A stretch of DNA of 64,000 nt from a virus: the UHGV virus genome UHGV-0140522. One strand, written 5' to 3'. Position numbers and translations under genes: made by a program. Shown in pieces: positions 37,383 through 47,400 of the stretch (within the stretch, counting starts at the first letter, position 1; the number at the start of each line of letters is the position of its first letter). The notes under the pieces are model-generated. The model saw only the letters and a program-made list of their open reading frames with translations, was not told where the DNA came from and ran no database searches.

Positions 37383-37907
37383 GTGGCCGACCTGACCATA
37401 GAGATGTTTTCAGCACAAGCCGTATACGATTTTTCTGGCTTCGACTGCGGCGAACCATCTCTGAATGATTTCCTGCAAAACCGCCTAGTACAGCAACACA
37501 ACGGGCGTATATTACGCGGCTACCTGCTTCTTACCAAAGATCCGGTGCCGAAAGTTAAGGGTTTTTACACGCTATCCGGGAGCTGTTTTGCAAGACAGAC
37601 GCTACCATCGAACACCCAGAAGCGGAAAATCCCCTACGCAGATGCACCCAGCGTTACGCTTGGCCGCCTGGCAATAGATATCAGCCTACAGAAACAAGGC
37701 TACGGTGAGGTTCTCGTAACGCACGCGTTGAAGGTTGTTTATCAGGCTTCTCGCGCAGTAGGCATATACGCTTTGTTTGTGGATGCACTAAACCAAAGCG
37801 CAATGCAGTTCTATCAGAAGTTTGGATTCATCCCTTTGACGGGGGCGAATGCGAACTCGCTTTTCTACCCCACGAAAAGCATTGAAGAGCTGTTTGAAAC
37901 AGAGTAA
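37383..37907 (+). CDS. GNAT acetyltransferase toxin (TacT/KacT/AtaT-like), GTG start
   Basis: 174 aa GNAT fold (acetyl-CoA motif QKQGYGEVLV; FGF..L); the classic two-gene arrangement with the DUF1778 gene. Confidence 0.7.
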   Translation: MADLTIEMFSAQAVYDFSGFDCGEPSLNDFLQNRLVQQHNGRILRGYLLLTKDPVPKVKGFYTLSGSCFARQTLPSNTQKRKIPYADAPSVTLGRLAIDISLQKQGYGEVLVTHALKVVYQASRAVGIYALFVDALNQSAMQFYQKFGFIPLTGANANSLFYPTKSIEELFETE

Positions 37908-37910
37908 ACG

Positions 37911-37936
37911 AAGCCCCTCAATCGAGGGGCTTTTTT
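37911..37936. terminator. bidirectional terminator (AAGCCCCTC-AATC-GAGGGGCTTTTTT)
   Basis: Read directly. Confidence 0.65.
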
Positions 37937-38171
37937 AATTCAAGGCTTGTCTGTCCTGCCAGTTACACAATCGCTCTCCCATCGTGTTATGGAAGAGGAT
38001 CTCACGTTCCGTCTCTTCGGTCATAAAGTCGTCGTTACTGACATAAATAGGGTTTGCTGCATCGCAGAACAGCACGCCGGAAGTCTGTGTCTTAATCACG
38101 CAGCCACTTATCATGCAGCTCGCGATGAACAGCAGAAGCATCTTTCCGCCGCACTTCATTAAGTGTCTCAT
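37935..38171 (-). CDS. o-spanin (Rz1-like outer-membrane lipoprotein; lipobox ISGC), overlapping the 3' half of the i-spanin gene in another frame
   Basis: Signal peptide plus lipobox within an ORF overlapping the Rz-like gene; start could be 38171 or 38159. Confidence 0.5.
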   Translation of the reverse strand: MRHLMKCGGKMLLLFIASCMISGCVIKTQTSGVLFCDAANPIYVSNDDFMTEETEREILFHNTMGERLCNWQDRQALN

Positions 38172-38343
38172 TTTTGACGTCCACTGTGCTTTGAAGCCTT
38201 TTCCTGTCCTCCTGTCTGGCCTTCTCTTCGATTGCTTGCCGGGCCGCACGACCTCCCATCGTATAAGCACCGACAAGCACGAAAAGAACGGCAGCCAGAG
38301 TCATCAGAGCAAACTTCAGCTTTGAAAATAGGCTGCCGGTCAT
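38092..38343 (-). CDS. i-spanin (Rz-like: N-terminal TM plus charged coiled coil), start at MTGSLFS
   Basis: TM helix followed by an EEKARQEDRKRLQ coiled coil; ATGA overlap with the upstream gene. Confidence 0.5.
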   Translation of the reverse strand: MTGSLFSKLKFALMTLAAVLFVLVGAYTMGGRAARQAIEEKARQEDRKRLQSTVDVKNETLNEVRRKDASAVHRELHDKWLRD

Positions 38344-38344
38344 A

Positions 38345-39037
38345 TCAGACCATCCCGTTCTGGTGTTTTCGCACCTGTGACCAGGCGATAAAGCCAGCCA
38401 CCACAATGGTCGCGATACCGAAGATGATCCGAACCGTATCACCACTGGTGATGTGTCCCTGCGCCTTGTCCATTGCCGCAGAGACCTGTGGCATGACGTC
38501 GGCCAGCTGTGCCAGACCAATTCCCGCCGTAACGGTCGCACCGGCAGTTTCTTTGGTTACAGGAACAGCCTTCACGGTTTTCACCGGCTTAACGACACCA
38601 GCGCGACGTAGACCTTCCTCAATAACTTCTGCCGCATACCAGGTGTTCGGCGTTTTGAGCGGGCCACGGCCATTTTCATGACGGATAATCGCCTCCACCA
38701 GCGGACGCAGAGTGTCGTAGTCGTGCAGATCGATAATCATGTCCGGGGTCACGCCAACGGCTTTAGATACCTCGTTCACGTAAGCTACGGTGTTGTTTTC
38801 ATGCGGAGGCGCCCAGCGTTCGATGACTTCGCGGATCGTATCGATGCTGGAGCCATCCTTCGCGCGGCGCTTGTCGTGGTAGGTAATGAGCGTTACTGCC
38901 AGCGCTCGAATGCCCCATACGGGATCTTTGAACGTGCAGAAACGCGGTTCGGCAGGGTTGTCAATTAACCCCTGCCACGGCGAACCTTTGTCGAGGTTGC
39001 CAGGGTTGTTATTACGAATGCCTCTCGGAGTTTTCAT
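38345..39037 (-). CDS. putative endolysin / cell-wall hydrolase of unrecognised family with a C-terminal TM segment (start at MKTPRGIRNNNPGN)
   Basis: Position between the holin-like and spanin genes; AGGAG RBS; no catalytic motif recognised with certainty. Confidence 0.4.
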   Translation of the reverse strand: MKTPRGIRNNNPGNLDKGSPWQGLIDNPAEPRFCTFKDPVWGIRALAVTLITYHDKRRAKDGSSIDTIREVIERWAPPHENNTVAYVNEVSKAVGVTPDMIIDLHDYDTLRPLVEAIIRHENGRGPLKTPNTWYAAEVIEEGLRRAGVVKPVKTVKAVPVTKETAGATVTAGIGLAQLADVMPQVSAAMDKAQGHITSGDTVRIIFGIATIVVAGFIAWSQVRKHQNGMV

Positions 39038-39050
39038 CCTTGATCTCCTG

Positions 39051-39374
39051 TTATTGCAGTCCATTCTTCACGCCATAAGCGGCCAGACCCAGCAGCAGCG
39101 CGGTAATCAGGAACGACGTTATCTTTGAGATAATGCCGCCAAAGAACCCGCTGGAGATGGCGTCTAGTCGATTAAGTAGTTTGTCCAGGTTGGAGTGCTG
39201 AATGCTGTGTTGCGAAGGCGTCATATCGCCAAAGTAGGTTTTGAGCTGGTCGTTGACCTCCTGGCCAATTTCCTCACGTAACTCCTTACCTAATTTGCCG
39301 ACAACTTCACGCGCAACGATAGCGGCAATGCGCTCTACCTGCTCTGGCGTTACGCCTGCCATCTCGTTCGACAT
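39051..39374 (-). CDS. putative holin/antiholin-like membrane protein (single C-terminal TM), start at MSNEMAG
   Basis: GGAGG RBS; context at the start of the lysis cassette; assignment by position only. Confidence 0.35.
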   Translation of the reverse strand: MSNEMAGVTPEQVERIAAIVAREVVGKLGKELREEIGQEVNDQLKTYFGDMTPSQHSIQHSNLDKLLNRLDAISSGFFGGIISKITSFLITALLLGLAAYGVKNGLQ

Positions 39375-39448
39375 TATTTCCTCCATGAATCGTCAAATCG
39401 GGATGGCTGTTTTATACCACAAATCACCCTTACATGGTAGGTAAGTAC

Positions 39449-40237
39449 TTACACACGAGCACCATAAATTGCACCGACTTTAGTCCATGTAGGCACGTTC
39501 CCCGTGACAGCCTTACCCGCCGCGCCACCTCCGTACATTGTCCCCAATCGTCCAGTGGCAGCGGCACCAGCAGCCCCCACATTACCTCCACTACCGCATG
39601 TGTATTGGACAGCAGTAGAGCCGATCAAATATTGAGCGCCAATCCCGGCAGCGGTTAGAGTGCCAGAAGTTGCCGCACGCGAATTTGAAGCTGGTGGCCT
39701 TGTAGTGTTTGCAACACCAAACGGGCGACCGCCCCCACCCATACCACCATCGGCTGAGTTACCGCCACCGCCACCGCCACCACCGGCAATAGCGCCGTTA
39801 TTGGTTATTCTTAAACGGGTCCCAATTCCGTTGTTAATAGCAGTGCCACCGGCAGCACCGCCACCTTTAACGCCACCATTACCGCCACGGCCATAGACAG
39901 TTACACCTGCGTTGATTACCAGGCTGATATAAGAGTTGGTAAGCGAACTTGGGAAATCTAAACATGGCACGCCGCTACTGTACGACACCAGATCCCCTGT
40001 AATGGTAACAACGACTGGTGTCGACCCCTGTGATTTTAAATAGTTGATCAGTGTGTCTTTGTTGTAGTTATGATTCGCACCGATGCTGTAATGAATTTCC
40101 GTAGAACGACCTGCTAACTGAGACATATTCCCAGCAGCAGACAATTGCACCGCAGTTCGAGCCGCGCTCATCCATCTCTGGCCGGTAACACTAACAGCCG
40201 AAGATCCAATCCAACCGGGAACACCGACAATTGGCAC
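39449..40237 (-). CDS. glycine-rich tail fibre protein (GTG start)
   Basis: Poly-Gly tracts (GGGGGGGNSADGGMGGGG) typical of phage fibre proteins; AAGGAG RBS. Confidence 0.55.
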   Translation of the reverse strand: MPIVGVPGWIGSSAVSVTGQRWMSAARTAVQLSAAGNMSQLAGRSTEIHYSIGANHNYNKDTLINYLKSQGSTPVVVTITGDLVSYSSGVPCLDFPSSLTNSYISLVINAGVTVYGRGGNGGVKGGGAAGGTAINNGIGTRLRITNNGAIAGGGGGGGGNSADGGMGGGGRPFGVANTTRPPASNSRAATSGTLTAAGIGAQYLIGSTAVQYTCGSGGNVGAAGAAATGRLGTMYGGGAAGKAVTGNVPTWTKVGAIYGARV

Positions 40238-40301
40238 ACCTAATCTCCTTATTCGATGTGAAAATAGATGATTGGTGGGGAAGCCCCACCAATCGCCTTG
40301 A

Positions 40302-43300
40302 TTACATTCTCGCCTTCAGTTCACGCACTTCCTTGCGCAGCTCCTTGACGGCCTCAACCAGCATACCGATAACGCCGTTATAGTTCAGACGCAGACGAGG
40401 CTCTCCGGACTGATCGTTATGATCAACCGTTACCAGTTCAGGCTGAACATTCTGGACGTCCTGAGCGATGAGGCCGCCAGACTGCTCATACCGGTCACAG
40501 ACCTGAATCTCGTACAGAACACCTTCGATCCGATCCAGCTTGTCGAGCGCTCGTTCAATCTTGCGAATATTGCGTTTGCTACGACGGTCAGAGCGGATAT
40601 AAACGTCATTAAAGCTGCCATTACCGCCACAAACCCAAGTACCATCATTCTGGAGGTATGCGTTCGCATCCGTGCCGTTTGCGGTACGTGAGTTGTTGAT
40701 CATGTAAAAACCAAACTGACTGTTTCCCAAGCCACCCAAGAAGAATTTGCGATCCGCGTGGTCTTGTCTCAACAACGCTTGTGCAGAGCTTGTACTTACA
40801 GCGTTCCTCCCGAAGATGACGTTCTGGTTACGCATATCTATCCACGCGCCAGAACTGCTGTTGATGGAAAAACGGTTGGCGTAAACCCACGCACTTGACG
40901 TGATGTCACCCGTTACACTCAACGGCTTAAGGCTTTGCAGCGTGCTATTAACGAACCTAAAAACATGGGCGCTATTGGCGTAAACATCCAGAATGCCATC
41001 TCCGTTCTGTTTAAAGCCGGTATCATTATCGCCAAGAACGATTGAATTACCGCCTAACCCGTTTGCAACCCCCAACCCCACACTTCCGTTGATGGTTGCC
41101 CCACCACCGATATCAATTCCGTTTGATATTGAAGCACGGCCAGTGGCATTGTTGATGGTTAAAGGACGTAAGCCATTCCAACCGCCATATGCACTGCCAG
41201 AATTGGTAAGAAGAAAATAGGTATTTGCACCGTCGTTACGGATAAAGAAACCGTAGTTTCCACTTACAGCCCTGAATTGGCCTCCATCTGTTTTTGCCGA
41301 AGTGACCTGGAGTTCCCCGGATGCAGTGATTCCGCCAGAGAGTGAACCGCCAGAAATCGGCAATGCACCGACATCAGCCGCAGTAGGTTTGAGAGCAGTG
41401 TTGTAATCTCTGCGCCAGGCAGGGGCATACGCGCTACCGTGATTAATATAGGTGAACTGAGCACAGGCAATCCCACCACCGGTCGTCGTTGTAGGCGTAG
41501 TTACTCGGATGGTCATTGCGCCTTCGGTACCTAAAACCTCGATAACTGCACCAGCAAGACAGATATTGCCGACACCTGTATCAGTGATAATTTTATTGTC
41601 GGCATATGACCAGGAACCCTTCATCATCCAGTACGGCACTTCGAAAGCACCACGCTCCTTCAGCCATGCGATAAATTCAGCGGTAGTCCAATTACCAGCC
41701 CCTGTGCTGTACGACGCGCTAAATGCTTGCGCGGCCCCAACGTCTTTCGCTGTGGGTTTGTGTGCTGTGGTGTAAACCTGTGCCCAATCAGACCAGTTTG
41801 CGTCACCGGCATCACGTCGAGATCGCACATATACCGGGGCATGAGCGCCGCTTGTTCCACTCCAACCAACTAAAAGTTCGCCCTCACCAGACGCATAAGC
41901 ACCTTTCAAGTGAATAACGTTGCCGTAAGCCGTTGGATAGCTATTGTTATAGGCTTCATACATCTGAATGCCAGGCATGGCACCTTGAGTGTTCGAAGCC
42001 AGCGCATTAACTCGCCCGCGGGAAACCAACGTCGGGATAGTAATGTTGGCAGAGCCATCGAACATTACGCTGTTGATTGTCCGCGGTGTTTGCAGTTTGG
42101 TTGCAGTAGCGGCATTACCAGTGGTGTTCTGATCACCCTGAATATTCACACCAGGTAGGTTGATATCAGCCGAACCGTCAAATCTCACTCCACCGATCTG
42201 GCGTGCAGTCTGAAGTACAGTCGCAGTGCTGGCATTACCCACCAGCGAACCGGTAATAGAGCCATCCTGATCAGAAATGACGCGATGGTAGACAGTCCCT
42301 TCTACAGCGTCTTCAGGCAGCGTATCCACAACCTCAAGTACTTCCAGAGTTTCGACCACAGCACCGGCAGATTGCAGGTTGACGACCAGCTTCTGAGAGC
42401 CAGCACCGGCTTTGAGGTAAATGTCGTAATTATCGTCAGTCGTGTTAACGGTAGCTACAGTCAACACAGCCGAATCCATAGTGCGATAAGCGACCGCATT
42501 CAACGATTTCGGATCGCCTGCAGCAGTTCGCAGCACAATATCGGCCATTGCAGCAAGCCCTGGCTGCCCGGCTTCGTACCCTGCCCCGCCGATCACTTCG
42601 ATGTATACGGTGCTGGTCGACTGTGGCATACGTGCCGTGGACACTTTCACCCACTTCGGCGCATCGGTAGCCATGTCCATTTCAGCCGAAGTCCCTTTCC
42701 ATTTCACACTGGCAACACTGGCCTGGGCGTTCTGGGCGTACTCATAAGCCTTCGTTTCTGATTCTTTGGCATTCAGTTCAGAAGTTTTCGCCCCGGCAGC
42801 CGCATCGGTCGCCTCAGTTGCTTTCGTGGATGCCAGAGCAGCAGAGTCAGAGGCTTCTTTGGCTTTAGCTTCAGCCACTGCCATCGCTTCGGTCGCAGTC
42901 GTTGCGGAAGCAGCAGCCTCACCTGCGGATTTGGCAGCAGCTGTTGCAGATCCTTCAGCGGCGGTCTCAGCAGACTTCGCGTTGGTTTCAGAGGTTTTGG
43001 CGGCTGCGGCAGATGCCTCAGAAGCTGTCGCCTGTTCACTGGCAACGTTGGCCTTCTCTGTTGCAGTTGTGGCCGAATCGGCAGCCGCGGTAGCGGATTT
43101 GCTCGCAGCATCAGCACTGCCAGCTGCGGCAGCGGCACTTTCCACTGCGTGGGCTTCTGAGTTCTGGGCAGCCGCTTTTGATGCTTCGGCAGCCGTTGCG
43201 CTCTCCGATGCAGCTGTCTCGGACGCCTTTGCATTGGTCTCCGAAGTTTTTGCCTTCTGTTCGCTGGACGCAGCAGCATTTTTACTCGCTAAAGCGGCGT

Positions 43301-44378
43301 CAGCAGACTCACCTGCAGCGGTGGCGCTTTCGGAAGCGGCGTTCGCGCTGGATGCGGCAGCTGACTCGCTGGCAGCAGCAGCCTTCTGTGATGCGTCGGC
43401 GTTGGTTTCTGACGTTTTGGCAGCCGCAGCACTTGCCACCGACTCACCGGCGCTCGAAGCAGCATGGGTTTCTGATTCCTTAGCCGCATTTTTTGAGGCC
43501 AGCGCATCAGCTGCACTGCCAGCGGCGGCCTGCTCTGAGGCAGAGGCATTGGTTTCAGAGGTTTTGGCAGCAGCAGCAGAGTCAGACGCAGCAGACGCTG
43601 AAGCAGAGGCTTCGGACGCGCTGGTCGCAGCCTGAGTTTCAGATGCTTTCGCCGCATCTTTGGATGCCGCGGCACTCGTGGCTGATTCTCCCGCTTCAGT
43701 CGCTTTGGTAGACGCTGTCGCGGCAGACGCAGCAGCTTCTACCTTGAAGCTCTCAGCATTGGTTTCAGACGTTTTGGCAGCGGAAGCGCTTGCACCGGCA
43801 GCGTTTTCTGATGCAGCAGCTGCGGCAGCACTCTGGCTTGCTTCGGTGGCTTTGGTAGACGCTGTATTGGCGCTTTCCGCAGCGGCCGCGGCACTGGCAG
43901 CAGCTTCCCTGGCCTTGTCGCCAGCGGCATTGATAACGTCGGCGTTATCCGTATACCATTTCTGGTTTGCGTTATGCTCATCGACGATCTGCGTCAGCGA
44001 CTTCACGGTCACTTCCGTACCGTCTTCACGCTCAAGCGTTACCTCATCAACTGCCGTCAACCAGGTGCGCATCGTCTTCGAGTCGGCTGACATTCGGGTC
44101 ATGAGCGCGGTAAAGCGTGCGCTGAACTGCGTTAAGTCGCCTTCATAGGTTGTGATGATGCGGCACGGAACGTCCGTCTGGGTCTCGCCCGTGTACGGCT
44201 CCGCGAGAATCAGGCTTGTGTCGCTGATTACACGCTTAATTTCGTACAATTTGTTGTCAGGGCCGATGACGATCATGCCCGGCAGAACGCCGTTGGCGGT
44301 CACATTCCAGTACGTGCCAGTGCCAGAAAGTGCGTCACTTCCCTGTGTAAATGTGATAGTACCTTCCCTGTACCACAT
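40302..44378 (-). CDS. long tail fibre protein (1358 aa) with ~280-aa Ala/Ser/Glu-rich repeat region and a C-terminal intramolecular chaperone (peptidase S74-like) domain
   Basis: Repeats of the AAKTSETNA type; the C-terminal ...SDRRSKRNIRKIE..LYEIQ.. block resembles the autoproteolytic chaperone of fibre and spike proteins. Confidence 0.65.
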   Translation of the reverse strand: MWYREGTITFTQGSDALSGTGTYWNVTANGVLPGMIVIGPDNKLYEIKRVISDTSLILAEPYTGETQTDVPCRIITTYEGDLTQFSARFTALMTRMSADSKTMRTWLTAVDEVTLEREDGTEVTVKSLTQIVDEHNANQKWYTDNADVINAAGDKAREAAASAAAAAESANTASTKATEASQSAAAAAASENAAGASASAAKTSETNAESFKVEAAASAATASTKATEAGESATSAAASKDAAKASETQAATSASEASASASAASDSAAAAKTSETNASASEQAAAGSAADALASKNAAKESETHAASSAGESVASAAAAKTSETNADASQKAAAASESAAASSANAASESATAAGESADAALASKNAAASSEQKAKTSETNAKASETAASESATAAEASKAAAQNSEAHAVESAAAAAGSADAASKSATAAADSATTATEKANVASEQATASEASAAAAKTSETNAKSAETAAEGSATAAAKSAGEAAASATTATEAMAVAEAKAKEASDSAALASTKATEATDAAAGAKTSELNAKESETKAYEYAQNAQASVASVKWKGTSAEMDMATDAPKWVKVSTARMPQSTSTVYIEVIGGAGYEAGQPGLAAMADIVLRTAAGDPKSLNAVAYRTMDSAVLTVATVNTTDDNYDIYLKAGAGSQKLVVNLQSAGAVVETLEVLEVVDTLPEDAVEGTVYHRVISDQDGSITGSLVGNASTATVLQTARQIGGVRFDGSADINLPGVNIQGDQNTTGNAATATKLQTPRTINSVMFDGSANITIPTLVSRGRVNALASNTQGAMPGIQMYEAYNNSYPTAYGNVIHLKGAYASGEGELLVGWSGTSGAHAPVYVRSRRDAGDANWSDWAQVYTTAHKPTAKDVGAAQAFSASYSTGAGNWTTAEFIAWLKERGAFEVPYWMMKGSWSYADNKIITDTGVGNICLAGAVIEVLGTEGAMTIRVTTPTTTTGGGIACAQFTYINHGSAYAPAWRRDYNTALKPTAADVGALPISGGSLSGGITASGELQVTSAKTDGGQFRAVSGNYGFFIRNDGANTYFLLTNSGSAYGGWNGLRPLTINNATGRASISNGIDIGGGATINGSVGLGVANGLGGNSIVLGDNDTGFKQNGDGILDVYANSAHVFRFVNSTLQSLKPLSVTGDITSSAWVYANRFSINSSSGAWIDMRNQNVIFGRNAVSTSSAQALLRQDHADRKFFLGGLGNSQFGFYMINNSRTANGTDANAYLQNDGTWVCGGNGSFNDVYIRSDRRSKRNIRKIERALDKLDRIEGVLYEIQVCDRYEQSGGLIAQDVQNVQPELVTVDHNDQSGEPRLRLNYNGVIGMLVEAVKELRKEVRELKARM
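42780..43950. repeat. degenerate tandem DNA repeats encoding the Ala-rich fibre shaft; they generate spurious antisense ORFs (e.g. 42766..43635 +)
   Basis: Read directly: periodic GCAGCxGC/TCAGA units. Confidence 0.55.
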
Positions 44379-44492
44379 ATTCTCTCCTTGAAAGGACGGG
44401 CATCCATGCCCGCCATAAGTAAGTACATACCTATATTACTTGTTATAAAAACGCTTTTCTACACTGCATAAAATAACAATTAACGCATTGAG

Positions 44493-47400
44493 TTAGCTAA
44501 TAACAATACCTGAAGTACTCTTTTTAACGACTATCACTAATAGGTCGCTGACACGAGATCGAGGCCAACCTCCACTGTTTCCTCTTGTACTTGCAGTAAA
44601 TGTCAGTGTTTTGGCACCACGACCTGCAGGCATGTCAAAAATCGCATTATAACATTCCTGCTTCCCTGAACTTGTTGCCTGATAAATCAGTGACCCGTTA
44701 TGAGTAACTTTAAAAGTACATTCATCCCAGACATCGTTACTCGTATTACTTTCATATGAGCTTCCCGAAAATAAAATGGGTGGAATAATTATCTGTCGGT
44801 CAAAAGATTGATCGTCATGAACAGTGACGGTCAGACTTCCGTTAGCATATAAATACTCCCCTGTTGTCGGGTTTTTAAAGTGAGGAAACTCCCTACCCGC
44901 TGCTTTAACAACATCGCCTATGATCTTTTCAGCTCTTAGCGTGCCATTAATGATACATGTGTCAGCGATAGTGACGTGGTTCAGCGTGCCAGAATTAGCA
45001 TCTACATTTCCCCTGAATGTTCCGTTGCAAAACTCGGCTGTTCCATCTTTACGAATACTCCATCCGGATCTTCCTGAAACATAGTCATTTGACTGAATCA
45101 CGTTGCCAATCTTGGCATTACTGATCGTCCCGTCTTTAATCCATGCTCCATTCATATAAGCAACACCGTTCTCTATGACAAACGGCGTGGTGATCTTCCC
45201 GTTTACGGAGTTTACCAGGCCAAAACGGTCTGCCTGAACCAAAAACTGCGATAGACCGGTGCTGTCGATACCCAGCGCGATACCTGCAACGTACTTCTGG
45301 CCGCCACTGGTAGACGTTTCCATCTTCAGCGTCCAGGCAGCAGAAACCTTCTTATCGGTATCAGCAATGGCCTTCGCCTGCTCCTGGATGAGAGCCGAGT
45401 TACCATCAACTTCAGCCTTAACCGTATCAATTCTCTTACCGAGAGCACCGTCAGCGTTTGCACGCGCGGTGGCTTCGGATGTGATAGCAGCGTTGATATC
45501 TTTGCCGGTCTGAGCCTGAAGATTGGTGATCTGCCCGGCCAGAGCAGAGTCGGCATCGGTACGCGCTTTCGTCTCCGTGGCAACGGCAGCCTTGATGTCC
45601 TCTGCCGTCTGAGCCTTCAGCGAACTGATCTGCGAAGCCAGAGCACCATCTGCATCGGTTCGAGCCTGGGTCTCTGCCGCAACGGCTGCTTTGATATCCT
45701 CACCAGTCTGGGCCTTCAGTTGGGTGATTTGCTTCGATAGCGCCTCATCCGCTGTGGCTCGGGCAATCTGCTCTTCAGTGAGTGCCGCGCTGATATCCCC
45801 TTCAACTTTCGCCTGCAACGTGGTGATCTGACGAGAAAGCGCTTCGTCCGCAGTCGCACGCGCCTCTTGTTCAGCAACAATGGCCGCTGAGATATCGTCG
45901 TTGAGCTGGGCTTCCAGCTTGGAGATATGCGTCGCAATAGCCTTATCAGCCTCTACGCGAGCCGTTGTCTCTTCCAGAATCGATGCCCGGATGTCCTCAC
46001 CAATTTCTGCGCGGATCTCTTCCACTTTTGAGGCCATTGCAGACATATCGTCGGCAAACGTCTTCTGAGTGGTGGCGATCTTCGCGTTATTGACCATTTG
46101 CTTGTGCTGGTCTTCATCCTGACGCAGAGCGAGGTCAATATTGGTTTTGGCCAGAGCCTCGATATTGGTCGATACTTCCGCGCTGGCGCGTTCGACTTCG
46201 GCAACGGTCTTTTTCATCTCTTCGACGGCGGCAACGCTGTCATCGACGGAGGATTTCATTGCCTCAATCTGTTTGGCATTTGCCTTATCGCCTTCGACAC
46301 GGGCTTCACGCTCTTCAGCAATCAGCGCGGAGGCATTGTCGAGCGCAGCGTGTGCCGCTTCCACAGCACCTGCAACGGCTTTGCCCTGCTCGGAAACGGT
46401 CTCCTGCAACTCAACCAGAGCCGCATTAGAGTCCTCAACCTGTTGCAGCGCGTCGTTGACCTTGTCCAGCGTGCCAGAGACTTCATTTTTGAGGTCGTTC
46501 TGGGCCTGTTCAAGCCGACCGCTGGTGTCTTCCAGTTTGCTGTCCAGATCGGCAACGGACTGATCAAGCTCTTTCAGGCTTTCTTCCATCTGTTTGTTGA
46601 TGGCGTCGACCGCATCCTGAGAGGCTTTAGAGTCGATTTCCTCCAGCAGCTCCTGTCCCAGCTCGGAAGAGGTGATCTTCCCGGTAAGGAATGAGAGGAC
46701 GTCTCGCGTCATCGCTTCCGTACCCAGATTGGAGTTCGGCGGGCTTAACATGCCACGCTTGTTCACCGCGCGAACCCAATAGTACCAGGTCTCGCTATCC
46801 CCAAGACCGGCATGGGTGAACGTGGTGCTGGCAGCCTCTGCAATCAACTTTGCCGTTTCCAGATCGTTGGTCTGGGAGGCGTACACGTTGATGTGATCGA
46901 GGTCGATTGAGTCCGGGTTGACCCAATTCAGAATCACGTTGCGGTAGTCACCAACGGCCGTCAGAGAGGTAGGAGAGCCTGGCGGCGTCATCGTACCTTT
47001 CACCTGGTAAACGGTACTGATGATGTCCGTCTTCTTGCCGCTGAACGAAACCGCATAGAGCTGAATGTCGTATTGGCCATTCTCGGCAATATTGAGGATC
47101 TCGAACTGCTCTTCGGTAACGCGTGCGGACTGCCAGTTAGAGACGTTGTTCTCATCGGAACGACGCCAGCTGATCCAATATTCCGCAGACTTACCTTCCC
47201 AGGTGGCAACGAGCTTGATTGAGAGGTTGCCCGGACTGGAGATATACGTCCCTTCCGTCACCTGCAGGTTGGTCGGCTTCGAATAAGTCGGGTCGAGAAC
47301 GGTGTTGTTCTCGGGGATCAGCGTCGCGCCGTTGTCGATGGCTTCGTACTTCGATGCGTTATTCTGGACAACGGTAACGTCAAACGTCCCCTGAGCCTCG

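Noticed and set aside
42766-43675. Long plus-strand ORFs (289 aa, 168 aa, 128 aa; Ala/Leu/Pro/Gln-rich) antisense to the tail fibre gene
   Set aside because: They arise from the GC-rich Ala-codon tandem repeats of the minus-strand fibre gene, have low-complexity composition, and have no RBS.
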